Assembly (NCBI GenBank): GCA_051294375.1
Contig: CM119271.1
Coordinates: 15,444,770-15,508,769 of the forward strand
DNA length: 64,000 nucleotides
Direction: 5' to 3'
Source: Paraspadella gotoi
Lineage: Eukaryota; Animalia; Chaetognatha
In this document: piece by piece, positions 38,332 to 52,015 of the stretch
How the letters are laid out: every line of letters begins with the position of its first letter
How positions within the stretch are numbered: position 1 is the stretch's first letter
Made by a program: the position numbers and the translations under genes
Notes under the pieces: generated by a model
Seen by the model: only the letters and a program-made list of their open reading frames with translations
Databases searched by the model: none
Told to the model about the DNA's origin: nothing

Positions 38332-41300
38332 TCAAGTCATGTCCAAAACGTGGACGTCGGTTTGCAAGAGAATGTTTCTCGGCAGAGGTCGCGGACAAGG
38401 AGAGAGAACGGTGATGACGCCCCGATCCAAATCCACGTTCGTTATCAGCACGAAACCTGAGATAATGTTCAAGTGTAACTACTTAAATACTTTCTTTGTC
38501 ACTAATTCCACACTTATTTTACTATTTGTCTCTCGTATTCCTTTTTACACTAACTAGTAACTAGCTCTTGTTGTTTTTTTATTTTTTAATATTGGTACGT
38601 AATTAACGGTCTTTTATTCGAATTAAACGATATGAATCTTTAACCCGTCAAACCATCAAAAACCTTGACCCACATTTCCTCTCCCACCATCGCTAAAACT
38701 CCTCAACCCACCCGCGACGTTCGTCCCCACAGCCTCGTCCGGTTTCTCCGCCATCGAGAGACTGAAGAGTTTGTTGAGGATCTGCGAACCGGGCTGAACG
38801 GGCACGAGCTTGAGGCTGTGATCCTCGGCCTTCATCCCGGCGGGCAGACAGGACGAGGGCAGATTGGGCACGCCCACTTTGAAGAGCTTGACGTCGGCGA
38901 GGCGGACGTCGAACGAGTGGGGAAAGAGTTTGCCGCCGACGCCGTGGAAATAGGCGCGGGTGACGCGTTGACGAGACTCGTTGCGGAACTCGGGCGTCCG
39001 CTCGATGACGCCGCCCGATTTGGGTTGGAGGACGCACTTCACGAATCTTTCAACGACAGAGGGGGAGTTAAAAATGAATCCCGTTATCAATTGTCGTTCA
39101 TTTGATCTTTCATGAAAGGGAACTGACTTGGGTAAATCTCTCTCCAACTCCTTGAAGAGTCTCTCTTGATCGAGGACGACGACGACATCGATCTCGAACT
39201 CCTTCGCCGCGAAAAGGATGCTCTGGTAGCCTCCGCCGCGAATCCAACTAAAAGATAAAAGTAAATAATATTAAATATTAAATATTGATTAACATTAAGC
39301 TGACAAAGTGGTTGATCACCCGCAGGAGTTGACGATGAGTCCCCCGACGGCTGCTTTACGATTGGCGCGACAGCGGAGGTCGACGGCGGCGGCGAGGCGG
39401 GAGATGCATTGGTTGTAGAGGGGGAGATTGTCCGCTGGGGAGGTGTGGCCGAAGTGGTAAACGAGGGGCGCCTGAAGGGGTTTTCGTGAAAAAAGTGAAT
39501 GAATGAATGAATAAATGAGTGAATAAATAAATTAATGAATGAATGCCTATGATTGTCTCAGCCAAACCTGCAAGGAGAATCCCTCGTCGATATCGGCCGG
39601 GCGCTCCACCAAATTTGCGCCGATGGTCGTGGGGACTGAGATCTCTCCTTGCCCGACGTCGAGGTCGACGAAGACGGGGGCGCGCCCCATGCGGACGGCG
39701 TAGTTGAGCAAGATGCGGCAGAGGGTGCTCTTGCCAACGTCTTGGGGGCCGACGACCATGAGACGGGGGCCGCGTTGACCTTTATTGGCGAGTCGAGACA
39801 TTCAATGCAATTTAATGACAATGGATCGTTTTTTTTTCGTGGACTAAAATCTCCGAGACGATCTTTTCTATTTGCATTCATAAGTACCCAGTTTGTCGGC
39901 CTTCTCCCTCATCTGCTCCAACGCGACGTGGTCGTTCAGATAAATGATCATGGGCGAGTCTTTCGAGGTGTAGGCCACTTCCGTCTTTCCCTCCAACAGA
40001 ACCACGCAGCCGTGCCAAGTGTAGACAGCCGTCGTCTGACCGCCTGACGAAGAGGAAGGGAAGAGAGGATTCCCAGTTTCATTTTCAAGTTGTCACAGAA
40101 GAGTCTCACTATAGCGAATTAGCGATGCTTTGTTCTCTCGCTAATATAACTTATCTATGGATTGCTTCAAAAATAAATGCGTTTGCTGTAACTGTTGACA
40201 GTTGATCATTTTATAAAAATTATTCAAAAGTTTTTTTAATTAAAATATTTAATTTAAATTTTTAATTGTGGCGAATCCTAAATTCGCCTCCCGTATAATC
40301 TGGTTCAACTGAGCTCGTCCCATTAGCTTTGAAAGCTTAGTACTCGCTTACTAACCGGGTTCAATCCCCTAATGGTCACGCTGGTTAAGTGCGATGGTGC
40401 TTGCATAAACACGCCAATGACATGGGGGCGTCACTAAGGCGGGCCAGAATTTAACATTTTTACAATATGAAAAAGTCGGAAATAAAAGTCAGTACTACAA
40501 ATTTCAAAAATTTTAATAATAAATGGGCTAAAATTTGAAAAAAACCATCATCATCATCATTCATTATAACATCGCAGGAGTATCAGTCTCAACAAAAGTG
40601 GAACCGGATCGGAGGATCGGGCGATCTCCGCGGAAATGGAATCACCGAATCCTGATTGGTCAAGCGGGGAACCGGAATCGACCAATCAGCTTGCAGAATC
40701 CATAAACTGTCAAAATCACTCTTGCCTCTGATCCTCTCTCTCAGATATAAATAGACTTAGCTTTCCTTAGTTTGAGTAGCATTGATCAAGACTCCTGCGT
40801 GTGTCTCACTGTCATCCTCATTCTCAGAATAAATCTCATCTTTGATTTCGTCCCTGGAAATTCATGAGTTTTTCCTTTATTAATTTTCATAGATAAATCA
40901 TTAAAATTTCAAAAAGTTGTAATAATAACCTTCAACTAACTTTTCAAGCTTTATCAGAATCCGTTAAAGAAAATTAAAATTTATTAAAAAATTGTTTTGA
41001 TACTATATAACATAAATGGTGTTGGAGACAAATTCGTGAGGACGTCGAGGATGAAATCCCCTCCAACAATGGCTTCCATACGTTTAACTCTAATATAAAT
41101 CTTAATTTTTTTTTATTTTCATTGTCTTAATAAACACATTAACAATATTTATACCGGACTTGTTAGTTTGTAACCTGTTCCGCCTTAGTGGTCACTGCAG
41201 GTCCAATGCCCTGAGCGCCAGCTGTCGGGAGATACCTTACACCCCGTTGCCATACAATCATTAATTTTTTTTCATTGTTATTAAAGAGCAAGTTTAAAGA

Positions 41301-41582
41301 AGGAAAGGGACCTCTCGTATCTTCTTCGTATCTTTTCTTTCTCCTCAACTCCTCATCCTTCTTCTTTTCTATCTCCTCTTCCTCTTCCTCCTCACCTCTA
41401 AAGACGTATTTCCTCTCACGACACAATTCCGTGCCGAACATTTCCGCGAATCCGTCTTTGATCGTCATCCTCACTTTGCTCTTCGCTTCAACTTCGAATC
41501 TCAACTCAGAGTTTTCCTTCAGGACGAACTTATACGTTTCTCCGCCGCCAGAGTCGTCGTCGTCGTCCTCGGGTCCCGCCAT
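38332..41582 (-). CDS. CLP1: Polyribonucleotide 5'-hydroxyl kinase / cleavage factor Clp1
   Basis: Exons include [25 protein letters not shown], Walker [57 protein letters not shown] and [20 protein letters not shown]; stop TGA at 38334-38332. Confidence 0.95.
40570..40891 (+). mobile_element. LTR-like fragment in CLP1 intron 1, preceded by a tRNA-like SINE fragment (~40300-40420)
   Basis: CCAAT boxes, TATAAATA at ~40746, and AATAAA followed by TGATTTCG as in 22862-23213; B-box-like GGTTCAATCCC at ~40358. Boundaries are approximate. Confidence 0.4.
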
Positions 41583-42350
41583 CTTTATTTTTTTCGCTTT
41601 TAACTTCTTTCCTTTCCTTCTCTCTTTCTTTCTTTTTATATTAAGTAAGAAAAAAAGAGTCGATTAATTGTTTTTATTGTTAAATAAACAAACCAACAAT
41701 CGAAAAGCGCAGGGGAAAATAAAATCTGCGGAAACAAAAAATAAAACTTCACTCACGCACACGGAAAAAAAAATGATAAACTCATAACAATTTTTTTTTT
41801 TTTGGATGTATCTTCAACGCGTAATAATTAAATTAGCTTCGCGCATAATTGGCTGCACGTAAAAGGCGGCGAAAAACAGGTGTGTCATGGATGAGAATGG
41901 GCGAGGAGGGTGACGGACATACGGACAGGCGGACGCACACATACACTGGAAAAACAAAAAACAAAAATAATGTAAGCTAGAACTAAAGTTCGCGCGCTTT
42001 CAAAAGGAAAAAAAGGCGATAAAAACAAGGCGCATTGAATTCGTTAAAATACTACGGCATTTTGTAAACATCGCATTTCAAGAGAGAAACTGGGACGAAT
42101 TAAAGAGGGAAGGGAGATTAGGAGGAAAGAGAGCAGAGAAAAGTAAAGACCAACCAGGAGAAAATCGGAAGGAGAAGAAGAAGAAGGGAAATGGCGAAGA
42201 TTTTGACCCGAAAAAAAATGAGTTATTAAATATTAAGAGGGAGAGAGAGAGAGAGAGAAGAAAAATGAGATATTAAATATTAAGAGGGAGATTGAAAAAT
42301 CGATCGTGCGGACGATCGAACGGGACGGATCCCCCCCCCACAGCTTGGCA

Positions 42351-43996
42351 TCAATAAGGTCGACCCCTGCCGCGGCCCCGCGGACCTCGGGCCATTTTCC
42401 CGCCGCCCCTGGTCGGGAAGCCGCCGTAAGGAGGGTAGCCCATCGGGGGATAAGGAACCGGGTAGCCGTAGGGGTTGGGGAAGAGAGGGTAGCCGGGTGG
42501 GTAAGGGCCGCCTCGACCCCGCATAGGCATGCCCCGTCCCCGCGGGGGCGCGCCTCGCATACCCCACGCGTTGAGTTGCGGAACGGCCTTCTTCACGTCG
42601 CAACTCTTTCCACCGATTTCCTGAGTTGGGGAAGAATAATTAAAAAAAATATATTTGAATAATTTATTCATCATTTATTAATGATGATAATGATTATTGT
42701 GGCTTGCAGACTCTCAACCTGTTTCTGCAACCCCTTGGCGGTGGCCGCGTCGCACGAGGCCGAATCTACGAAGGTGACGAAGCAAAATCCCTGGGAAGAT
42801 TAAATTTTTAATTAAGTTACTAATCATCGTCATCAATAATTGTATTAATTTACAAAAGTCAAAAAAACCTTGTGAATCTTCTTCTCCTGATCCTTCATGG
42901 GAATCTCCATCTTTTCGATTTCACCGAATTGAGAGAAATGAAGTCGAAGTTGGTCTTCATCGACTTCTGGTCCGAATCCTCCAACGAAGATCTTCTTGAT
43001 TCTCTCTCGGGCGGCGGCTCGCTTAGGCTCGATCTTCTTGTTGTTCAGGGAATGAGATTCTTCCGCCAAAACCTTTTTTTTTTAATGTTTGGGTAATAAA
43101 TTAATCGTTATTCATATTTGGTTCCAAGGTTAATAAAGAGAAGGGGGGTTAAATCACTGCTCTAAGTTAAACAACGGATATATCTCCAAAGTTGTGAGTC
43201 GCATCACATCAAAAAACAAACGCTTGTCAACATCTATTTGTGACTGGTTTAATAAAACATTGAATTATATTCTAATTAATTTTAATTGATTATCATTACG
43301 CATTAATTTTTTATATCAACTCTTTTTCCTCCTCACGTGATATTATTATAATAGTCAGTATCGGGGTTTTAAGAGTTGATCTGCAGATTGGTGCTAAATA
43401 AATGGTGATGCTAATGGCTGCCCGTATATTTTCTGCAGGTTACGAATCATTATGGCTGAACTGTCTTTGAACCACTGACAAACATTAAGCCGATCCATTC
43501 CGTATCAAGGCGAGTCATCCAAAATCCACAAACGCTCTTAAATTTCCAAAACGACCGAAGGAAAAAACTCACGAGGGCGACGTTTTCGGGCGACTCGAAA
43601 AGAACGAAGCCGAATCCGCGCGAACTTCCCGCCGCGTCGACTTTAATGGAAGCGTCCTGACAAATACATAAATTATAAAATTGATAAGCATTAAATAATC
43701 AAAAATTTGATGAACAGTGACCACTCACGATGACAACGCCGAATCTCTCAAAATATTCCCGCAGCTGCTCGACCGTGGTCTCCCAGGTGAGGCCGCCGAC
43801 GAAGAGTTTGCGATCGTCGTTCTCGAATTTGTTGGAGTCGATGCTTTCTTCCAGTTCCATTTCCGTCTCCAACTCCGTCGATTCTGTAATATGTCATTTA
43901 ATTCAGTTTAATTTTGATTAATTGTTAATTAATTAATTAATTGTTAAACTCACCGGTTTCATTTCCGTTGGGCGCGAGATGTAAAGCGTCTCCCAT
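42351..43996 (-). CDS. hnRNP A/B-D (squid-like) two-RRM RNA-binding protein
   Basis: Six exons. RKLFVGGLTWETT, SRGFGFVLF, KKIEPKRA, KKIFVGGFGPE, GFCFVTF, CDVKKAVP and an RG/YP-rich tail ending RGRPY (PY-NLS-like). Confidence 0.88.
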
Positions 43997-44889
43997 TTTT
44001 TAAATTTTTTTAAATAAATAATTTCCGTTCAAAATATATTAAATGGACTTACGGTTACTTATGGTCTCGAACCGCTGCGTTTAAAACGTTTAAAAATTAT
44101 TTGCTTTAAATTTGTTTTTATTTACTTGAGAATTAGATTGGTTTTGTTTTTACGAATTTACGAATTTATCAAACATGCAAAGTATATCATTTATCAAGAC
44201 ACAATTAATATGAATATTAGTTTAAACAATGAAGAGGTTATTAAGTCAAAGGGTTCCGCGGACCAAAGAAAGACAAGCATTTTTTTCGTTTACTATTTCA
44301 TTTAAGTTTTTTTAAATAAAATTTACGATAAAAGTTATTAAAAAAAGTTGTCAAACGAAAACTTATGAATGAACGGATGAAGTTGTAGCCAAGTCTGCTA
44401 AGTTTTGTTTTGTTTCTGTGCCTAGAAAAAAAAACCGAATGATTTACAAATCAAAAACTTTTTTTTTCAAATCAATTATCAAATATTTACAATAATACAT
44501 CTTTACACGCAAATTCAATGACCTAATTTCGATTATACTCATACAACGCAGATATTTAGAATCGACCAAAAAAAAAAAAAAAACCCCAAAAAACGACGCG
44601 AATAAATAATCTAGCAACCTTCACCGCGATTTTTGTTGCGAGACTGGAAAAGTGAGTTTTTTTTAAAATTCAATTTGTGGGAACTAAAATTTCCGTTATG
44701 GTAATATGTATATTTCTCCGAAAATACTCAGTTTAGTGTTCATCTTGGTTTCTTCGCCTTCAAAACTCTTTAATGATTGCGATTCTATATATAATGTTTT
44801 CTTCGTAGTTTCTGTCTTCTTTTCATTTACTTTTTTCTTTCCACGATTTCCTTTCCTCCTTTTTTTTTCTTTTCTTTTCTTCTCTTTTC

Positions 44890-47800
44890 TCAAGTCTTCC
44901 TCTTGATCTTTCTCACGGCCTTCACCACTTTCCTTCCCGGCGTCCCTGACGACGCCGTCACGTTAAAAGGGTTCGATGCGCCAAAGGCTGGCGCCGCTCC
45001 GGCGCCGAACACGAACGGACTGCCGCCCTGCGGCGCCGGTTGTTGTTGTTGTGGCGGCACGGGCTGGCCACCGAAAGTAAACAAACCGCCGGTGGGCGCG
45101 GCGGCGGCGCCAAAGTTGAAACTGGGCGTTGGTTGAAAGGCGGTCGAAGGCGCGGTAGAGACGGCGTTGCCAAAAACTGGCGCCGCGGCTCCGGGAGCGT
45201 TACCGAACATGGGCGCCGGGGCGCCGCCAAATACGGTTCCCGTGCCGAAGACCGGAGCGGGAGCGGCGCCCTGAGTCATTGACGGCGTCGCGAAGACCGA
45301 AGTCGACGGCGTCGGCGTTCCGAAAGTCGGAAAGGGCGAAGCCGAGGTCGAAGGACCAAAAGCCATCGCGTTGGACGGCGTTGAGGCGTTTTTGCCTCCG
45401 ACGGCGCCGCTTGACGTCCCGGCGCCAAAGGTAAAGAGGCCTATATTGGATTCGGCGCCCTTGGAAGAGGACGCGGTCGATGCAGTGGCATCTCCGGATC
45501 CAAAGGTGAAGACCGGTTTGGGCGCCGGATTTTGGGCCCCGAAATTGAAGGTCGGAACGGACGACGCCGATGACTCAGTTTTTGGAAGTGAAAACTGAAA
45601 ACCCGGCGCTTTTTTGCCGCCGGGTTCTTTGTCGCCGTCGTCGCCTTCTTTGTGCGATCTTTTCAAACCCGACGCCGAAAAGGAAAAGGTCGGTGGCTGA
45701 GAGGAACCGGCGCCGAGGAAGGAGGACGAAGCCGTCGTTGTTGTTGTAGAGGAAGAAGAACCGAAAGTAAAGAGAGACGGCGCCGACGCAGCTTCGCTAG
45801 GTTTAGAAGTGACGGCGCCGAATGTGAAGAGCGGCTTGGCGGCGTCGGCGGCGGAGGGTGCGGAGGAAACGGTGGGAGCGGAGGCGGAGGAAGAGACAGT
45901 CGGAGTGGAAGTGAGAAAAGAAGAAGGAGACGAAGATGTGGCGGCTAAAATTGGTTTCGTCGTTGTTGTCGTCGTCTTCGCGCCGAACTGAAACAAAGGC
46001 GGCGTCGTCGTCTTTGTCGTTGCGTCGCCGGCGCTGGCGCCAAAGGAGAACGAAGGCGCTGAAGATTTGGCGGCGTCGGTGCCAGAGGTTTCGCTGACGC
46101 CGAAACGAAGAGTTGGTTTAGTCGACGGCGTCGAGTTGGATGACGCGGACGACGCCGACTTCTCAGCCAAATTCGTCGTCGACGAGGATTTGGAGGAATC
46201 GCCAAAGACGAAGGTTGGTTTGGAGTCGGAGGTGGGAGCCTGCAAGAGGTAAGGAATAAAAGGTTGAGGTCCAAGAGAACTTATTATTTTAATGAATGGA
46301 TAATTTAGTAATATAATATACATAGTATTTAGGATATCCTTAGGATACACTTATTAGAGTCATTAGGAATTAGTTATATAACCGAGACTTAATTCGCAGA
46401 CAGATTAGATCACTATTATTTGATTACTTATTAGACAAATTAGCTCAATTTTGACTTAATTTTGCCTTCCATCAAAAACCTGAGATTCCGATTTGGACGA
46501 AGATCCGAAAACGAAACCAGTGGTCGACGCCGACGTCGTCGTCGTTTTGTCAGAAGAATCGGCGCCGGATCCGGCGGGACCGCTCGTGCCAAACTTGATG
46601 GCAGTTGTGGGGGCAATGGAGGAGGCGGGGGCGCCGAACTTGAAGCCGCCAGTGGTTGCTGAGGATGTGGACGACGTTGCGGCGCCAAACTTGAAACCTT
46701 CCGAAGATGACGGAGTTGAACCCGCGGTGCCGAATTTGAAACCTTCGGAGGATGTAGACGCCGCGGTTCCAAACTTGATGCTGCTGGAAGAAGACGATGA
46801 AGACTCTGCGGTCCCAAACTTTATCCCCCCGGATGTTCCAAATTTGAGGCTGGCGTCGGTCGCGGCGCCGCCTGCCGTCGAGAGTTTAAATCCCGGCCCA
46901 GAAGAGGCGAAGGCGGCGGCGTTGATTTTTGGACCTCCGGACGAGGTCGCCGCCTCCGGAGCCGCAGAGCAGCTCTTGGCAGCGCCGGGCTTTCCGGCGC
47001 CGCAACAGACGCAGATTTCTTTCTCGGCTTCGTTGGGAACCATGCAAGTGTCGCAAGTCCACTTTTTCTTCGCGGCGCTACCGCCGCTGCTGAGGGGGCG
47101 TGGTTTGGCGGTCCGCAACAGACGCAGGAATCGGCGTCGGCTTCGTTGGGTACGAGACAAGTGTCGCACGTCCATTTGGGTCCTTCCGACTTCTTCGGCG
47201 GAAAGAGAAGTTTGGAGTCGAAAACGGGTTTTGGCCTCAGGTTTGGAAAGGAAGAGGTCGCGTCGTCGTCGTCTTTCCTCCGGGTCTCGCCTCTTGACAA
47301 GCCACGCACTTATCCGCCTCCGGTTTGTTGCTCAACATACAAACTCCGCAAGACCAAGATCCAGTTGCTGGTTTAAAAGCGTCGCCGAAGCCGATCGCCG
47401 GTTTCGCCGGCTTCGCAGCGGCTGCGGCTGCGGCCTTAGAATCGGGCGTCTTGCCTCCGGGTTTGGCGGTCGAGCACGCCGGGCATTTGTCGGCATCGGG
47501 TGCGTTTCTCATCATGCAGGTCGGGCACTCCACGAGCCGGTGGGGTTTTGAAGAGATCTCCGAAGCCAGAGACTTTGGGTTTGGGAGGAGGAGGAGTTTC
47601 GACAACGGGATCCGAGTCGACTGCGCCTTCGTCGTCGTCGTCATCGTCGCTGCTCGAAAGAACGAGGACCTAAAAGAAGGGAGGGGAGAAAGAAAATTTA
47701 TCACTTCGTTAAAAACTTTGATACATAACAAACAAATACATAAATTGACACATTGACATCTAGATTGCTTGGTGATTAGAACTCTTTGAACCATTGACAA

Positions 47801-50142
47801 TTATTAACTGATGAAAGTAACCGTCCTCCAACAATTAACGCTCACACACCTGTTACGTAATACAAATTTACCTCGTCGGAATCGGCCTTCTTATCATCCT
47901 TAGCCGGATTTGTCGCTCCGGGGCCGAGTACATCCATGACGCTTCCGATTTTAAAGGTTTTGGCGACGAAAGTGTTGGTCGTCGTCGTCGACGACGTCGT
48001 CGTCGGCGCAGGTTTGGATCTTGTCTTCAATCCTGACGTAGATCCCGAAGAGAAGTTGACGGCGGGCGCGCAGGAAATTCCGGCAGACGCAGAAGAGAGC
48101 GATGTTTTAAAAACTTGTGATCGTCGTTCGTCGCCGTCTTCGCCTTTAGCGTCCGCGGGCGGACTGAAGGAAAAGGCTTCCGGCGTCGTGGGCAGAGAAA
48201 CGGGATCGTGTCCGAGCGGCGAGGGCGGCTTCGGCGCCGCGAAATCGAAACTTATTTCCGGCGAGACGCTGCGGGCGCTGACGGACGTCAGGTCGATTTT
48301 GGGCAGCGACGCCGGATTGAGGCCGATGCGGTCGTGGAGAGGTGGGGCTGGCGCCAAATCCTCTTCCTGATCCTCGTCGTCGTCGAGTCTTCTCTTCGAA
48401 CCGAACCCGCCTTTGAGGACACGCTTGGTTCTCATTTTCCCGCCGCCGCCGCCGCCGCTCGGGAGCGGCGTGGAGGTCAGATTTGCGCCGCCTGCGATGT
48501 CAAAGACTGGTTTGACTGACGGTGCGACGGCGGTTGGCGTCGAAGTAGCGTCGCGGGGCGCAGCCGACGCCGCCGGAACTTGGGCGGGAAGTTTGAGGAT
48601 GGAGGCGTCGGTGATGGGTGTGCAGAGGCGCTTGGTTGGCGGTGGCGTCGATTTGGCGCCGGCGAAAGTGGCGGCGCCCATTGGATTCTTGCCGGCGGCG
48701 AAAAGGCGAGCATCGAAGGCCGACGGAGAATAACTTTGCGACGCCGCGGTGACGTCGACTGCTCGAGCGGCGGCGCTTTCTCCCTTTCCGGCGCCATCGT
48801 CTTTAGAACCGGCAGAAGCAGCTCCGGCTCCGTACGGCACCGCGATCTTCTCCAGCGTCTCAAGGATTCGGATGGCGGTGGCGCTGGCAACGACGCCGTT
48901 CGAGGTAGAGGCGGCGCCTTTTGTCTCGACCGGCGTCAAAACGCGCCGAGCTACGGGCGAAGCCGTGGCCGGCGTCGCGGAGGCGTCGCGACGGATGATT
49001 TTACGAGTGGATCTGGCGAGGAATCGATTCATGTCAAATCACATTTAATTAAAATAGAAACAAACAATATTAATCCTCCTCTCACCTCGCTGCGCTTCCC
49101 CCGTATGTAGTCCTCCCCGGATAAAAGGAACTTCTCTTGTAACTCTCGTCGAGGATGGAAGGCGCTGAGAGGAGAGACGCGTTGAAGGAAGGAGGACGGG
49201 ACATGTTGACGTTGTGGAGGCGAGATCGATGAGTCGAGGACGAGTTCAGGCTCTGAGAGTGGAAACAATCACGTTTATAAGGAATTATGGAGTTAATAAA
49301 GTATATCTTGATGATTAATACTTTGAATTTTTTAAATTTGTAATCTTCAAATCTTTTTAAAAATTAATAATAGAAGATCAATAAATTAGGTTAAATCCAA
49401 ATGAATTTCCTAAATTTACTACAAATTTTAATTTTTTTAAAAGATAAAGTAATAATCTTTTAAATATTATAAATCCCCAAAATGTCCTTAATTTCTTCAG
49501 TACCCGATCGTTGAGCGCCGATCCCGAGGGAGAGGCGCCCGTAGAAGCTGAGAGCGGCGCCGCCATCGAGACTAGCGGACCTCCGGCCATTCCCGGCGCC
49601 GTCCCGCGGCCGTGATGAGCGTGGGGATGTCCCCCGACGCCGCTTTCGCTCCACAACGAACGACCCGGCGTTCCGGCGATGATGAGCGGCGCGCCGGCGG
49701 CGGGATTGAGCGACGCCGCCGTGGAGATGCCGAAGCCGTGAGCGTCGCCGGATCGGGGCTTGAACCCGTTGACGGAAACGTCGGCGTTGTTGTTGTTGTT
49801 GTTCCTCAACGAAGACTGGAGGCCACCGACGATCGGCGACGGGAGACCGTGGAGTCCCGGCGCCGAAGAGGACGATGACGCCGCCGACGCCGTGAAGGCC
49901 GAGGCGAAGGGCGCCGACGACGCCGGAGCGAGAGGAGGGTTCGAGACTGACGAGGAGGCGGCGCCGTCTCTGCGACCGCCGCCGACAGCGCCCCCGGCTG
50001 CGCTGCGATTCTTAAAGTAGTTGGGAGTCAAGTAGTTGATGAGGCTGTTCAGGGTGTTGGCGGCCGATTGGCGAAAGGTGGGCCCAACTCCCGGCCGGTC
50101 GTAAGGCTTTCGAGAAGAGCGTGACGGCTCCCGCCGCATCTT

Positions 50143-50178
<36 letters not shown>

Positions 50179-50196
50179 TGTGTCTTCGTCAGACAT
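44890..50196 (-). CDS. NUP153: Nuclear pore basket nucleoporin Nup153-like
   Basis: N-terminal GGKMRR..RKPYDRP and ATAIRILETLEK; four RanBP2-type zinc fingers (W-x-C-x2-C-x3-N-x6-C-x2-C, 47000-47530, with indels); FKFG/FxFG repeats; C-terminal GRKVVKAVRKIKRK. Confidence 0.88.
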
Positions 50197-50625
50197 TTTC
50201 AGAGACTATAATTCCGAGTTCGTTTGATCGACTATGAATTATTTTTCTATACTTTTTGGGTTGTTGGAACGATATTTTAAAAAAAATCTGGAACAAGAGA
50301 AAAAAATTCACATTTCGTCAACAACGATGAAGATGAGAAAAAAATCTGGGGAAATCTAGTTGGGGGAGAGAGGAGGAGAGAGAAACAGAGAGAGAGAAAG
50401 AGATAGAGAGAGAGAGAGCAGCTGGACGAAGATTTTATTGTACTAATGTTACTGTTTTTTTGTTGATTTTGTTGTCGTTTCGTTTTTATGTCACAAAAAA
50501 AAACGAGTAAATTTCGCGCTTGAATCGCGAAAAGATGGAATGAAGTCACGAGCGTCACATCGAACGTCACCGACGCCGTCGCTTAATAACGTCACGCGGG
50601 TGGAAAGATAACGTCACCGATGACT

Positions 50626-52015
50626 TCACTTTGGTCCGATCGGCGGCGGCGTCAACGCGGGCATCATTCCCGCCGGCCCCATCGCCATTCCGCCAGCGCC
50701 TGAGGAGAGAATTATTAATCAATAAGGCCAAATAATGTATTATTTCGCGTTTTAAATAATTAATCCAGTGAATATTGCGCCAATAAGAACCCGGCGAATA
50801 AAAAATAACAAAACGTGGTCGCGCGTAATCGTCGTCGTCATAATCGTCGTCGTCGTCTCCTACCGGGTCCCAGCAGCATCTGGCGGCGCTGCGCTTCCTG
50901 CTGCTCCTGCACCGAGGCCCTTTCGCTCTCGAAGATGACGGGCAGCAGCAGCACGACGGCGGAGGAGCAGAGAATCCAGACCTGACGCAGCGTGGAGGGA
51001 GAGAAAGAAAACAAAAGGCAATCGCGAGGGATGTGACGGAATTAAATTAAGTATATTAGAACGTACGTTAGACTAAATGATACAAAGCATGAACGTCAAA
51101 TACTCAATATATTATGGAAATTAGTTAGTAAAAATTAAATGGGTAAAATTATGCAAATATTTTCCTCACCAAATTTTTCCCTTTGGACCAGGCAGTGACT
51201 GAGGTTGAGAAGGAAAAGTCGAAACATTTTGAAGAGAGGTTGCGAACGCTCTCGGGGAACATCTCCGATAACGCCTTCAGGAGCAAAGAAGAGGGCGAAG
51301 GAAGAGGTTAAAAATTCAAAGGTCTACGATGTTGATAATAAGATGAATTAGTAAAAATAGTATTTATATACAAATATATAGTATTTGCCTCGTCTTTGCA
51401 TTATTTTACCCTTTTTCTTTTTCTTTCCTACTCTTCTCTATCCTTTCTCCTTACGATTTCTTATCATATCTTATCATTCCCATTTCTCCCCGATTTCTTC
51501 CTCATTCCTCCCTCTTTCCCTTTCCTTCCTCCCCGTTTTTTCCATTCCTCCTTTTTCCTCCCCATTCCTCCCTCTTTCCTTTCCCCATTCCTCCCTCTTT
51601 CCTTCCCCATTCTCCCCGCTTTCTTCCCCATTCTCCCTCTTTTCCTCCCCATTTCTCCCCGATTTCTTCCCCCATTCTCCCTCTTTCCCTTCCCATTCTC
51701 CCAGATTTCTTCCCCATTCTCCTCTTTCCCTTCCCATTTCCTCCCCGATTTTCTTCCCATTCATGCCTCTTTTCCCTTCCCCATTTCTCCCCGATTTCTT
51801 CCCATTCCTCCCTCTTTCCCCTTTCCCCATTCCTCCTCTTTCCCTTCCCATTCCTCCCCGATTTCTTTCCCATTCCTCCCTCTTCCCCATCCCTCACCTG
51901 AATTCTCTCCAAAATGGTTTCGTCTTTCGATGTCCGTCGTCGTCGTCGTCGTTAATATCGTCGATTTCTTCGTTGGGTTTAATCTCGCGAATTTTGGGCG
52001 TGTCCCCCGCGCCAT
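50626..52015 (-). CDS. TOMM22: Mitochondrial import receptor TOM22
   Basis: Acidic N-terminus ..DDDDD..EDETILERI, ALSEMFPESVR, TM segment VWILCSSAVVLLLPVIFESER, and QQEAQRRQMLLGP; four exons with indels in exon 1. Confidence 0.88.
51460..51895. repeat. Polypyrimidine/polypurine minisatellite in TOMM22 intron 1
   Basis: Alternating ~21-22 bp units CCCATTCCTCCCTCTTTCCTT and CCCATTTCTCCCCGATTTCTTC. Confidence 0.9.

Noticed and set aside
46493-47551. 352-aa plus-strand ORF and other antisense ORFs over GC-rich exons
   Set aside because: They are shadow ORFs of NUP153 and other GC-rich coding exons with no independent motifs.
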